Below are positions 1-9,169 of a stretch of 64,000 bases of DNA, in pieces. The notes below the pieces were generated by a model. That model was not told where the DNA came from. It saw only the letters and a list, made by a program, of their open reading frames with translations, and did no database searches. The first letter of the stretch is position 1. Every line of letters starts with the position of its first letter. The translations under genes and the position numbers were made by a program. Source of the stretch: Calditrichaceae bacterium (lineage in GTDB: Bacteria > Calditrichota > Calditrichia > Calditrichales > JBFXGD01); assembly GCA_050173015.1 (NCBI GenBank), contig JBFXLE010000002.1:1-64000 (forward strand). The letters run 5' to 3'.

Positions 1-129
1 TTATTGCCACTTCCCGCAAACTTTTGGATATCATATATATGACGTTAAAGGAAAAATTAATCTTTGAAGATTTCCCAAATTTTGTAGTGAAATCTTCTTA
101 ACACTAAAGATTTTATCATAGGAGTTACA

Positions 130-858
130 ATGTCTATTGCTCCTAAACTTATTGACGAGTTGCTTAAAAATTACAAAAAACCCGAAGACGTCTGGGGGCA
201 GGAAGGTATTTTTGGTCAGATACAGAAAGCGCTGATGGAACATATCCTGCAGAATGAAATAGAATTTCATCTTGGCTACAAAAAACATTCGTCTGAAGGC
301 CAAAACAGCAGCAATTCCCGCAATGGTAAATCCAGGAAAACTATAATTACGGACAATGATTCACTGGAAATTGAAATCCCCCGCGACAGGATGGGTGAGT
401 TTGAACCACAGTTTGTTAAAAAGCATCAGTGTCGGATCAACAAATTTAACGATATGATCATTTCCTTATATTCTCGCGGACTCAGCACCGAAGAGATATG
501 CGGACATTTAAAAGAAATGTATGACACCGATGTGTCAAAGGAACTCATCTCACATATAACCAACAGTGTTTATGAAGAAGTTACAGCATGGCGTAACAGG
601 CTGATTGAGGAGCCTTACACGATTGTCTTTTTTGACGCCATACGAATAAAAATCCGCGATTCAGGAAAGATTCTCAATAAAGCAGTCTATTTGCTGGGGA
701 TTGACATTGAAGGACATAAGGAGCTTTTGGGTATGTGGATCGCCCATAATAAAGGAGCAAAATTCTGGCTATCTGTGTTGACCGAGCTAAAGAACCGGGG
801 CATAAAAGATATCCTGATTGCCTGTATTAATGGTTTAAAAGGCTTCCCCGAAGCCATT
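130..858 (+). pseudogene. IS256-family transposase, 5' part
   Basis: Motifs NSRNG, EIPRDR.GEFEPQ, FFDAI.IKIRD, GAKFWLSVLTELKNRG, GLKGFPEAI. Cut by IS21 at 858/859. Confidence 0.93.
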
Positions 859-917
859 TGATCAAAGTCAATTATTTTTTCTTACAGCGACAATTAAAAT
901 TCCCGGTTCTGTAAACC

Positions 918-969
918 AGGAATGATGTAACGAAGGAGCCCGTAGGGCGACTGTAGTTACATCATTCCT
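918..969. repeat. Hairpin with a perfect 14-bp inverted repeat overlapping the istB stop
   Basis: AGGAATGATGTAAC (918-931) / GTTACATCATTCCT (956-969) enclosing GCCC-GTA-GGGC. Confidence 0.85.
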
Positions 970-1750
970 TCGCCATCGAATTACCTCCTTTTGTTTTGTT
1001 GTTAGCCTTTAAGGGTCGTTTCTTTTGTGATTGTTCCAGACGATAACTTCCAATATTGAGTTCCAGGATAATGCTGTGATGAACCAGTCGGTCTATAGCT
1101 GCGGCGGTTGTCATGGGGTCCTTGAAAATTACTTCCCACTTTGAAAAAGGCAGATTACTGGTTATCATTATACTGGCGCGTTCATAGCGATCAGCCAGAA
1201 GGGTAAAAAGAACCTCCATCTCTTCCCGGCTCTGTTGTACATAGCCAATGTCATCGATTATAATCGCATCATATTTAGCAAGACGTTTCAGGTATTGTGG
1301 CAGTTTTAAATCCCGTTTGGCCACCAGCATTTCCTGCACCAGAAGATTGCAGGGCCGAAACAGCATTCTGCGTTCTTTGAAAATCAGTTCCTGAGTCAGG
1401 GCACACAACAGATGTGTTTTACCGCTTCCCGGATTCCCGAAAGCAAGAATATTCTCCGAACGATCCAGAAAGGTGCCGTCCAGGAGTACCCCTATCTGAG
1501 CATTAACCCTTTGAGGTAACCGCTTGCGGTTAAAAGACGCCAGGGTCTTTTCTAAGGGTAATCCGGATTCTCTCAGGAATCTGTCAATACGTTTCTCACG
1601 GCGCATTTGGCATTCATACTCAATGAGATTCAGTAAATACTGTTCGTAACTGTAAGACTCCGTTCTGGCAACATCAGACTGTTCTTTATAACAGGCACGT
1701 ATCGCCGGCAGATGCAGCTCCCGCAGACTGTTTTGAATCAGTTTTTCCAT
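962..1750 (-). CDS. istB: IS21 helper ATPase IstB
   Basis: Walker A GNPGSGKT, Walker B IIIDDIGY, TSNLPFSKW, AAIDRLVHH. Confidence 0.96.
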   Translation of the reverse strand: MEKLIQNSLRELHLPAIRACYKEQSDVARTESYSYEQYLLNLIEYECQMRREKRIDRFLRESGLPLEKTLASFNRKRLPQRVNAQIGVLLDGTFLDRSENILAFGNPGSGKTHLLCALTQELIFKERRMLFRPCNLLVQEMLVAKRDLKLPQYLKRLAKYDAIIIDDIGYVQQSREEMEVLFTLLADRYERASIMITSNLPFSKWEVIFKDPMTTAAAIDRLVHHSIILELNIGSYRLEQSQKKRPLKANNKTKGGNSMAKE

Positions 1751-3216
1751 CAGGCCACTCCTTCGACAAGCAGGCGGTCATAGATACGGATATCTACCGT
1801 ATCCACCTCAACAGCTTCTTTAATCGCATACTCCTGATTATGGTGAATCAGCTCTGATACTCTCTCGAAGCTGACAGGACGGTTCTCATGGATCAAAAGA
1901 GCAAGAGCCTGGTCTACTTTCGTTTCACTTTCTTTAGCGGCCAGATGCAGTATTTTGAGATATTCTTTGTTATTACGCTTTAAGCTGTCATAGGCCATAC
2001 GGAAACAGTGGCTGGGGAAAAGATCCCGATGGTAACGATAGTTGGCAAAGGCTCCCGGTTTGCGAACCAGCCAGTCAATAATATGACGATACTGAATATG
2101 ATGTTTTTCTTCTCCGCGCAAACGGGGGATCTTCTCCATACAGCGCTGACCATACCAGACTTCTAAATACTCAGCATACAGGCGAATCCGGACGGTTTCC
2201 CCGATCAGCCGGCTATCCACCGAATACACATTATGGGCAATACGGATCGTCGATGAGGGCCCCACTTTCAGAGGAAAACGTTTACAGGAATCGTAGCGGG
2301 TATCCGGAAGACGCCTTAACTGTTTCAACTCTTCATTAAGTCGTTCCCAGCGGCCGGCATTGAGTTGTGAGAACAGTTTTTCCAGGAAAGTTGTATATTC
2401 TTTACGGTTGTCAAAATCACGGCTGCTGCGCAGTAAAAGAGCCTGATCGAGAGCCTTCTTAAAACGGTAATGACGTTGTTCAATGTCGCCATTCTCATTG
2501 GGTTTAGCTGTTTGTATCTTATGAGCATCGAGTTTATAGTGTCGCATCAGGGCCTCATAACGACGCGTAAAATGCCGCCTTTTTTCTTTATGATTATTTG
2601 GAACCGCTGCGCTCATCCGGTCTGTACGATGGCTCCTGGGTACACCGCCTAATTTCCATAAGGCGCTTTGCAGGCCATCACTTAACGATTCAAAGCTTTC
2701 TGAGAAACAGATACTTCCTGCTTCCCAGTTTGAATACGTCAAAACAAAATGAAAAACAAGATGATTAAACGGTGCACCGCAAATAGTTATACCCAATGAA
2801 TTCATACAGGTAAAATCAGACTGGCACAGCTCACCGGCTTTATGGAGCTGAGGGAAAAAAACTTCCTTTGGCGGACCTTCCTGAACGCGCCAAATCTTAA
2901 TACGACGTTGTAGGGTTCTGAGTTGTCCATCGCAAAATTTACCGGGATAGCTGCGTTGCAGATAGTCAAAAATAGTTTTTGCTTCCAGGCCTGAATTCGT
3001 CTCTAATTTCTCTTTGATTTCCGGCCATACATCTGCAAAGGCATCTTCTCTGGTACGCCAGCCGTGCTCTGTTTTCACATCACAGGGTAATTTGCCAAGT
3101 CTTAAATACTTGCGAGCCGTTTTTTCATCCATGCCCGCTTTTGCAGCAGCAACTGCTACTGTTTTTTCTGATTTAATTGCTGTCATTAATATCCTCACTT
3201 GATTTTCTGTAACCAT
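1750..3216 (-). CDS. istA: IS21 transposase IstA
   Basis: N-terminal HTH (KTARKYL), CQSDFT, HRTDRM, NENGDIEQ, YSVDSRLIG. One-base overlap with istB. Confidence 0.95.
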   Translation of the reverse strand: MVTENQVRILMTAIKSEKTVAVAAAKAGMDEKTARKYLRLGKLPCDVKTEHGWRTREDAFADVWPEIKEKLETNSGLEAKTIFDYLQRSYPGKFCDGQLRTLQRRIKIWRVQEGPPKEVFFPQLHKAGELCQSDFTCMNSLGITICGAPFNHLVFHFVLTYSNWEAGSICFSESFESLSDGLQSALWKLGGVPRSHRTDRMSAAVPNNHKEKRRHFTRRYEALMRHYKLDAHKIQTAKPNENGDIEQRHYRFKKALDQALLLRSSRDFDNRKEYTTFLEKLFSQLNAGRWERLNEELKQLRRLPDTRYDSCKRFPLKVGPSSTIRIAHNVYSVDSRLIGETVRIRLYAEYLEVWYGQRCMEKIPRLRGEEKHHIQYRHIIDWLVRKPGAFANYRYHRDLFPSHCFRMAYDSLKRNNKEYLKILHLAAKESETKVDQALALLIHENRPVSFERVSELIHHNQEYAIKEAVEVDTVDIRIYDRLLVEGVA

Positions 3217-3321
3217 CCAGATCCTCCAATTTAATGATCTGGAAGTTTAAGCAATCCCATCAAAAAACAGGAATTTTAATTGTCGTCGAGCGGGAATTAT
3301 AAATGTCGCCAATCAGCCATT

Positions 3322-3802
3322 GAGTCGATTTAACCTGATACTGATATTCAACTATGTATTGTGCATATGATCCGCAATTCCGTACGTTTTGTTTCTTGGA
3401 AAGACCGTAAAAAAATCACTGCCGATCTAAAAAATATTTATAAGGCAGCGACCGAGGAAGAAGCTAAAATGCAGCTTGATAAATTTGCCCAAATATGGGA
3501 TAAGCAGTATCCGTCCATCAGCAAATCCTGGTATGAAAACTGGGAGAATTTAAAAACCTTTTATGATTTTCCGGAATATATTCGAAAGGTGATTTATACG
3601 ACTAAATACCATTGAATCGATAAATATGAGAGTGCGGAAAGTAACAAAAACAAGAGCCTCAGTTCAAAATGACAAAGCCGCTTATAAAATGCTTTATCTG
3701 GCAGTGCAGAATATTTCAAAAAAATGGAGCATGCCTATCAGAAACTGGAACCAGGCTATTAATCAATTTGCGCTGAAGTATGGAGATCGCGTAAATTTGT
3801 GA
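3322..3802 (+). pseudogene. IS256-family transposase, 3' part (nonsense codon and frameshift)
   Basis: Reads ESI*PDTDIQLCIVHMIRNS...RKVIYTT. A +1 shift near 3605 continues as TIESIN..RKVTKTR...KKWSMPIRNW to TGA at 3800-3802. Confidence 0.9.
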
Positions 3803-3935
3803 ACCAAACAAAAGGAATTTACACAAAATTATTTATGGGCTCTTTAAAGTTGGCAAGTTAACAAAATATTCATAGTATTAAATTTGTCCGAAAATTCCAG
3901 AAGGCTCTGAGGCAGAACAAAAACTATAATTTTTC

Positions 3936-3964
3936 TTGCATTCTCTTTTTAGACTCTTTATACT
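3936..3964 (+). promoter_or_regulatory. sigma70-type promoter upstream of the DUF1573-like gene
   Basis: TTGCAT-N17-TATACT. Confidence 0.6.
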
Positions 3965-4018
3965 AATTACAGCATTGATTTCAATCTGTTTTTAATTCGT
4001 AGCTACTCCTATCTCAGC

Positions 4019-4483
4019 ATGGGGACGAAAATGAAGTATAAAATTTTATTTATATCTCTTACTATTTTATCTCTTGAGATTATATTTATTACAAATTGTG
4101 GAATATATTATAACGTTCATGGCCCACAAATATCTTTTATGGAAGAATCTTATGATTTTGGAAATTTAGCGATCAATTCTAAGGCCTACCATAGATTTAG
4201 TTTTATAAATACTGGTAATGACACACTGAAAATTTTTCGAATAAATGATACCTGAGGTTGCACAGCAACAGTCCTGAGTTCAGGCGAAGTTATTCCAGGA
4301 AACAAAGGCGATATTATTATAACACTTTTTACTGGAAATAAAGTTGGGAAAATATTTAAAACAATAGAAGTTTTTACTAATGATTTAAAAAATAGCCCAA
4401 CTATACTAAATGTATCAGCTTCTATCATTCAAAGTAATGCGCAGGCAGCGAATGATTCTTTATTAAATTTAGATAACAGGTAA
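4019..4483 (+). CDS. DUF1573-like exported protein with in-frame TGA (candidate selenoprotein, U-G-C motif)
   Basis: YDFG...F.F.NTGNDTLKI...T[TGA]GCTATV...IPG.KG.I...K.IEVFTND is continuous through TGA 4253-4255 to TAA 4481-4483. Hydrophobic N-terminus. Confidence 0.8.
4271..4285 (+). promoter_or_regulatory. Putative bacterial SECIS hairpin
   Basis: G-T-CCTG-AGTT-CAGG-C: 4-bp stem plus bulged U and a closing G-C pair, with G at loop position 2. 21 nt separate the UGA from the loop. Confidence 0.55.
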
Positions 4484-4719
4484 TCAGAGAGTTTAAATAA
4501 TATAGTATTATTAATGTTTAAGTTTGTAAATTACGTTTTGCAGAATATTCACTTTTTTTGTTTTTAAAGTACACTCAAAAAAATCTGAATATCAATTATA
4601 ACAATTTGTATTCACTGCGATTTAAATATTCGATGTACACAGGCCTTAATATCATTAGTTAATTATAAAATGGCAATATATATGAATTGTTATAATTGAT
4701 TAGGAATTAGGAGAATAAA

Positions 4720-5703
4720 ATGCGAAAAATAATTTATTACATCAGTTCACTTAAGATTTTATTTTTCTCTTCGTTTTTACTTATCATTAGTTGTGTGGAC
4801 TCCCCAGAATCCTTGTCACCTCTTGGGGTTGAGAATGTAATTCCTGTAGGTTCGGCCTCTTGGAATATAGGTGTTAGAGAATACATATTTGATAAATCAG
4901 GGGTGAATAATGAACTAAAAGTCTTACACGTGAATGAAACTTATAACGCATCTATAAAATTCGAAACAAATGAAGCTGAAGTGACTAAAGTATTGTATCA
5001 TGACAAAAATAAATATTTAAAATTTTCGTTTGATCAAAAAAATAATCTTTTCTGTTTTACTGATAATAATGATGAAACAATTACTTTCCACTTCAATGGA
5101 GAAAAATGGATTTCGGATGGATGTGACTTAGACGAAGCTTTAGATGTCATTAAAAATAATCGAATGGAAATAATGCTAATGGCTGGCTCTGTAGCGGATT
5201 TTAAAATGTATGAGTACCTGCAAAAGAATAATAGCCATAAAGATATCGGCGCCAATGGTGGTGAAATACGCAAAACTGCTTATTTCTGTGACTATACCAC
5301 TGAACTTAAGGGTGACGCCCAAGGGCTTAGTAGAACCTCTGCGTGTTGGGATGCAACTAATAATGTAAATGATAATTGTTTTAATTCTGTATGCAACGGT
5401 TGTTGTGATTACCAGTCCTATGATTGTGATTGTATTTGTATCCCTTACCTCGGTGATTTTCTTTGTTCCTGCACTATAATTGGATTTCCTTGTGTGGAGG
5501 AACCCATTGATCCACCTCCCCCTCTTGGGGATGGTGAATGTACTGGTTCATGTTATATATGTACAACATGTGAGTATATTTATGATTCTGCAAACGGGGA
5601 TCCCGAGAATGGTATCATTCAAGGCACTGTTTTTAGTGATCTTCCGGATGATTGGAATTGTCCTATTTGTGGTGCCAGCAAAGATTCTTTTTATGAATAT
5701 TAA
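4720..5703 (+). CDS. Cys-rich lipoprotein with C-terminal rubredoxin domain
   Basis: RBS AGGAG and lipobox-like LIISC. A 12-Cys segment, a PPPP linker, then [41 protein letters not shown]. Confidence 0.85.
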   Translation: MRKIIYYISSLKILFFSSFLLIISCVDSPESLSPLGVENVIPVGSASWNIGVREYIFDKSGVNNELKVLHVNETYNASIKFETNEAEVTKVLYHDKNKYLKFSFDQKNNLFCFTDNNDETITFHFNGEKWISDGCDLDEALDVIKNNRMEIMLMAGSVADFKMYEYLQKNNSHKDIGANGGEIRKTAYFCDYTTELKGDAQGLSRTSACWDATNNVNDNCFNSVCNGCCDYQSYDCDCICIPYLGDFLCSCTIIGFPCVEEPIDPPPPLGDGECTGSCYICTTCEYIYDSANGDPENGIIQGTVFSDLPDDWNCPICGASKDSFYEY

Positions 5704-6084
5704 TAGAAAACAAACTGATTATTTCTTTAGCTCTGTATAAGTGATAATATGCGCATTGAGACAAGCAATGAATAAGTGTTTAAATATATTAGTTTCAATA
5801 AATTGCCAAGTAAACTGATAACAAAACTCTGTCAGGAATCTTTGCAAATGTTTTGGCATACAGCATGTTGAACACCTTTGATTATTCCTTTCACATCACT
5901 AATCATAATGTGAATCAAAGCCTATATTTAAGTTATCCTTGGATTATTATTTTTAATGAATTGAAGAGAGAATATTTCCTGATTAAGCTATATATAAGAT
6001 TTATATCTTTAAATTATATATGACTACTTTGAGTGATGAATAGGCGATATCACTTTTAACGATTATCAAACATACAAACCGGAA

Positions 6085-6381
6085 ATGATTTCGGTCTATG
6101 AGATACCGATTCCTCAGGCCATGAATCCTGCTCTGAGAAGCAGTATTATGTCTTTGGTGAGTCATATTTCGACGGATAGTATGATCGTCCGATTTGAAAC
6201 GGTATATAAAGATAAACCTTATGCCATAGTGTATTTCGTTAATGGAAAAGTAAAAGAAAGCGGTTTATTCAGTTTATTAACCGCGGATACATTAACAGTG
6301 CATTATTCGAATGGTAAAACCGGTCAGAAGCTAAACCCGTTCAGATTCCCGGAAAAGGGGGCGATTGTTACAGAGAACTAA
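6085..6381 (+). CDS. Hypothetical protein, probably a 5'-truncated remnant
   Basis: The frame is open upstream to about 6040 with no RBS, and begins where the AT-rich islet ends. Confidence 0.4.
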   Translation: MISVYEIPIPQAMNPALRSSIMSLVSHISTDSMIVRFETVYKDKPYAIVYFVNGKVKESGLFSLLTADTLTVHYSNGKTGQKLNPFRFPEKGAIVTEN

Positions 6382-6607
6382 TAAAATGTTTTTAGATTAG
6401 ATAGATTAGTAGATGGCCGGACAGGATTGATTAAGGATTAAAAATATGAAACTTCGCTCCCGGCCACCTGCTATTTTTTTGAAAATCCGGCTGAACAACT
6501 AATAATACCGTCTTAGAATATTGAAACAAAATTATTAACCGCCTGTTAAGCCATACCTCGAAAACCTCCGTTTCAAAATATCGTCCTCCCATTTATTTAA
6601 AATTCTC

Positions 6608-6653
6608 TTGAAAAAAGCAATCTTTATTATTATATTTCGCCATATAACGAAAT
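6608..6653 (+). promoter_or_regulatory. ars promoter with putative ArsR operator
   Basis: TTGAAA-N17-TATATT (6608-6636) overlapped by ATTTCG-N8-CGAAAT (6634-6653). Confidence 0.75.
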
Positions 6654-6662
6654 GGAGTATTT

Positions 6663-7007
6663 ATGAGAGAGATTGTCAAAACTTTTAAAGCCTTATCAGA
6701 CAGCAACAGGATACGTATATTAAAAATGCTGGAGGTAAGACCGCTTTGTGTATGTGAAATAACCTCGGTCCTTCAACTGGCGGCATCCACGGTCTCAAAA
6801 CACTTATCAATCCTACGGGACGCGGAATTTATAATAGATGAAAAAGAAGGTAAGTGGGTGAATTATTATTTAAACACCCATCAGACAAATGAATATATCC
6901 GTCATTTACTGCCGTTGATCCGCACATGGCTGCCGGATGAACTTATGGTAAAAAATGATCAAAACAAAGTAAAAATAGTTAACAGAAACGATCTCTGCGG
7001 TATCTGA
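6663..7007 (+). CDS. arsR: ArsR/SmtB metalloregulator
   Basis: FKALSD.NRIRIL, LCVCEI, STVSKHL..LR, EGKWVNY. Confidence 0.93.
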   Translation: MREIVKTFKALSDSNRIRILKMLEVRPLCVCEITSVLQLAASTVSKHLSILRDAEFIIDEKEGKWVNYYLNTHQTNEYIRHLLPLIRTWLPDELMVKNDQNKVKIVNRNDLCGI

Positions 7008-7019
7008 TGATGATATGTC

Positions 7020-7039
7020 ATTTCGGGATCAAACGAAAT
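7020..7039. promoter_or_regulatory. Second copy of the putative ArsR operator
   Basis: ATTTCG-N8-CGAAAT, same arms and spacing as 6634-6653. Confidence 0.65.
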
Positions 7040-7058
7040 ATTAAAAAATGGATTTAAT

Positions 7059-8360
7059 ATGAGCTGGAAAGATGAATATAAAAACTTACTCTGGATTCTG
7101 GGTTTTTTTCTGTTGGCTTATCTGATGCCGGTGAATGATCCTGTCTTTAGGACAGCGGTTAATTCATCCTTAGAATTAAGTAAATGGTATGCGCAGGAAC
7201 ATGTTTTATTATGTCTTGTCCCCGCATTTTTTATCGCCGGCGTTATAGCGGTTTTTATAAGTCAGGCCGCGGTTATAAAGTATTTCGGCGCCAATGCTAA
7301 AAAATGGGTCTCATATGCGGTCGCATCTGTTTCGGGAACCATTTTAGCGGTCTGTTCATGCACGATTCTGCCGTTATTTTCGGGTATTCATAAACGAGGC
7401 GCGGGTCTGGGACCGGCTATTGCTTTTCTTTATTCAGGTCCCGCTATCAATATCCTGGCAATCATTCTCACGGCCCGTATACTGGGTTTGGAACTTGGTA
7501 TCGCGCGAGTTGTGGGTGCTGTTGTCTTTTCTGTTGTAATCGGTTTGTGTATGCATTTTATCTATAGAAAAGAGGAAGCGGCAAAGGCCGATGCTCAGAT
7601 GGCGATGCCGGAACCCGAAGAAGCCCGGCCCTTATGGCAAACTTCTTTTCATTTCTTTGTATTAGTACTTATTCTTGTATTCGCAAACTGGGGTAAACCG
7701 GATACCACCTCTGGGATCTGGTATAATTTGTATCACTTTAAATGGATGATAACTTCCTTTTTTGGAATACTCTTAGGCATATCGTTGATATATATCTTAA
7801 AATTAAATAAATGGTATGTTATCACCGGGATGGCCCTGACTTTTGTGTCCTATATTCTCATACCGGATAATCCGCTGATCCCATTTATTGTCGGTATTGT
7901 GTCCCTTAGTGTGATCATTTCTGTCGTGCCGGGCGAATCTCAGGAATGGATGTCGGAGACCTGGGGATTTACCAAACAGATTTTACCACTGCTTGCCGCG
8001 GGTGTGGTGGTGGCGGGTTTTCTGCTTGGTTCACAAACAGGCGGCGCGGGAATCATCCCGAACGAATGGATATCCGGATTTGTCGGGGGTAATTCACTCA
8101 GTGCCAATTTTTTTGCTTCGATTGTGGGTGCATTTATGTATTTTGCCACTTTAACCGAAGTTCCGATTTTACAGGGACTTATCCAGGCCGGAATGGGCAA
8201 AGGACCGGCATTGGCTCTGCTGTTGGCCGGACCGGCGCTTTCGCTGCCGAATATGCTTGTTATTCGCGGGGTCATCGGAACACAAAAAACTCTGGTTTAC
8301 ACCGGACTGGTGGTAGTCATGGCTACTATCAGCGGGATGTTGTACGGTAGCCTGATGTAA
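7059..8360 (+). CDS. DUF318/ArsP-family permease
   Basis: Multi-TM, with AVCSCTILPLF, AFLYSGPAIN, YFATLTEVP, LLAGPALSLP. Confidence 0.85.
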   Translation: MSWKDEYKNLLWILGFFLLAYLMPVNDPVFRTAVNSSLELSKWYAQEHVLLCLVPAFFIAGVIAVFISQAAVIKYFGANAKKWVSYAVASVSGTILAVCSCTILPLFSGIHKRGAGLGPAIAFLYSGPAINILAIILTARILGLELGIARVVGAVVFSVVIGLCMHFIYRKEEAAKADAQMAMPEPEEARPLWQTSFHFFVLVLILVFANWGKPDTTSGIWYNLYHFKWMITSFFGILLGISLIYILKLNKWYVITGMALTFVSYILIPDNPLIPFIVGIVSLSVIISVVPGESQEWMSETWGFTKQILPLLAAGVVVAGFLLGSQTGGAGIIPNEWISGFVGGNSLSANFFASIVGAFMYFATLTEVPILQGLIQAGMGKGPALALLLAGPALSLPNMLVIRGVIGTQKTLVYTGLVVVMATISGMLYGSLM

Positions 8361-8405
8361 ATCCGGCAGACAACATCCGTTGAATACGATAGGAGTATAA
8401 ATTTA

Positions 8406-8816
8406 ATGCGTATCTTGATTCTTTGTACCGGGAATTCCTGCCGCAGTCAAATGGCGGAAGGTTTTCTTAAATCCTTTGATCCCGCGCTTGAAGTGCATTC
8501 CGCGGGTACAAATCCCTCGGAGCGGATTCACCCCAAGGCCGTTCAGGTGATGAATGAAATCGGTATTGATATCAGCAAAAACATTCCAAAAAATGTGGAT
8601 CAGTTTATTGAAAAATCTTTTGATTATGTGATCACGGTGTGTGATCATGCCAGGGAAACCTGCCCGGTGTTTATGGGGAAGGTGAAACATCGTCTGCATA
8701 TCGGGTTTGACGACCCGGCCGAAGCTGCAGGCAGTGAAGATGAGATCCTGAATGTGTTTCGCCGTGTACGCGATGAAATAGAAGGTGATTTTTTAAAATT
8801 TTATAATAATATATGA
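8406..8816 (+). CDS. arsC: Thioredoxin-dependent arsenate reductase (LMW-PTP fold)
   Basis: LCTGNSCRSQMAEG, VITVCD, CPVF, FDDPA. Confidence 0.93.
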   Translation: MRILILCTGNSCRSQMAEGFLKSFDPALEVHSAGTNPSERIHPKAVQVMNEIGIDISKNIPKNVDQFIEKSFDYVITVCDHARETCPVFMGKVKHRLHIGFDDPAEAAGSEDEILNVFRRVRDEIEGDFLKFYNNI

Positions 8817-8895
8817 GTGAATCAAAGAAAAGCAAACGGGAATAAAATCACATTGAACCCCCCTGCTTTTCCAGTAAATTGAAGGGAGAATTGTC

Positions 8896-9141
8896 ATGTT
8901 AAATATTAAGGTTGTCGGCAGCGGATGTCCGAGTTGTCAAAAATTAGAAGCATTGTGCCGTGAGATTGTCGCGGAGAAAAATGTTGTCGCGGAGATTGAA
9001 AAAATTACCGATGTCAATCAATTCGCTAATCTGGGAATCATGATGACACCCGGGCTGTTGCTAAACAATAAAGTGGTCAGCAGCGGTAAAATTCCGCTAA
9101 AATCGACGCTCGAACACTGGATCATTGAAGCTGAAGGTTAA
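8896..9141 (+). CDS. Small thioredoxin-like redox protein (MTH895/ArsE-like)
   Basis: [23 protein letters not shown]. Confidence 0.88.
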   Translation: MLNIKVVGSGCPSCQKLEALCREIVAEKNVVAEIEKITDVNQFANLGIMMTPGLLLNNKVVSSGKIPLKSTLEHWIIEAEG

Positions 9142-9169
9142 TTTGCAACTTAATAATCGGAGAATAGAT

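Larger units (their letters stand above)
859..3315 (-). mobile_element. IS21-family insertion sequence (istA-istB)
   Basis: TG...CA ends (TGAT at both). CGACAATTAAAATTCC at 888-903 is the exact reverse complement of 3270-3285, with a second repeat at 3293-3308. Flanked by direct repeat GCCATT (853-858 and 3316-3321). Confidence 0.95.
66..3842 (+). mobile_element. IS256-family element (degenerate, interrupted by IS21)
   Basis: IS256 transposase fragments lie on both sides of the IS21. The right end TTTACACAAAATTATTTATGGGCTC (ending 3842) is IS256-like. The left end GAAGATTTCCCAAATTTTGT from 66 matches only weakly. No target duplication found. Confidence 0.75.

Noticed and set aside
31-303. 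90-aa minus-strand ORF
   Set aside because: Antisense to the IS256 transposase, with no recognisable motif.
58-3850. Target-site duplication for the IS256
   Set aside because: The flanks TAATCTTT and TTTAAAGT do not match, and the left end is itself uncertain.
4186-4428. 80-aa minus-strand ORF over the TGA read-through region
   Set aside because: Shadow of the + strand DUF1573-like frame, which carries the family motifs.
7005-7013. TGA TGA TGA after arsR as possible Sec recoding
   Set aside because: ArsR is complete, and tandem stops indicate true termination.
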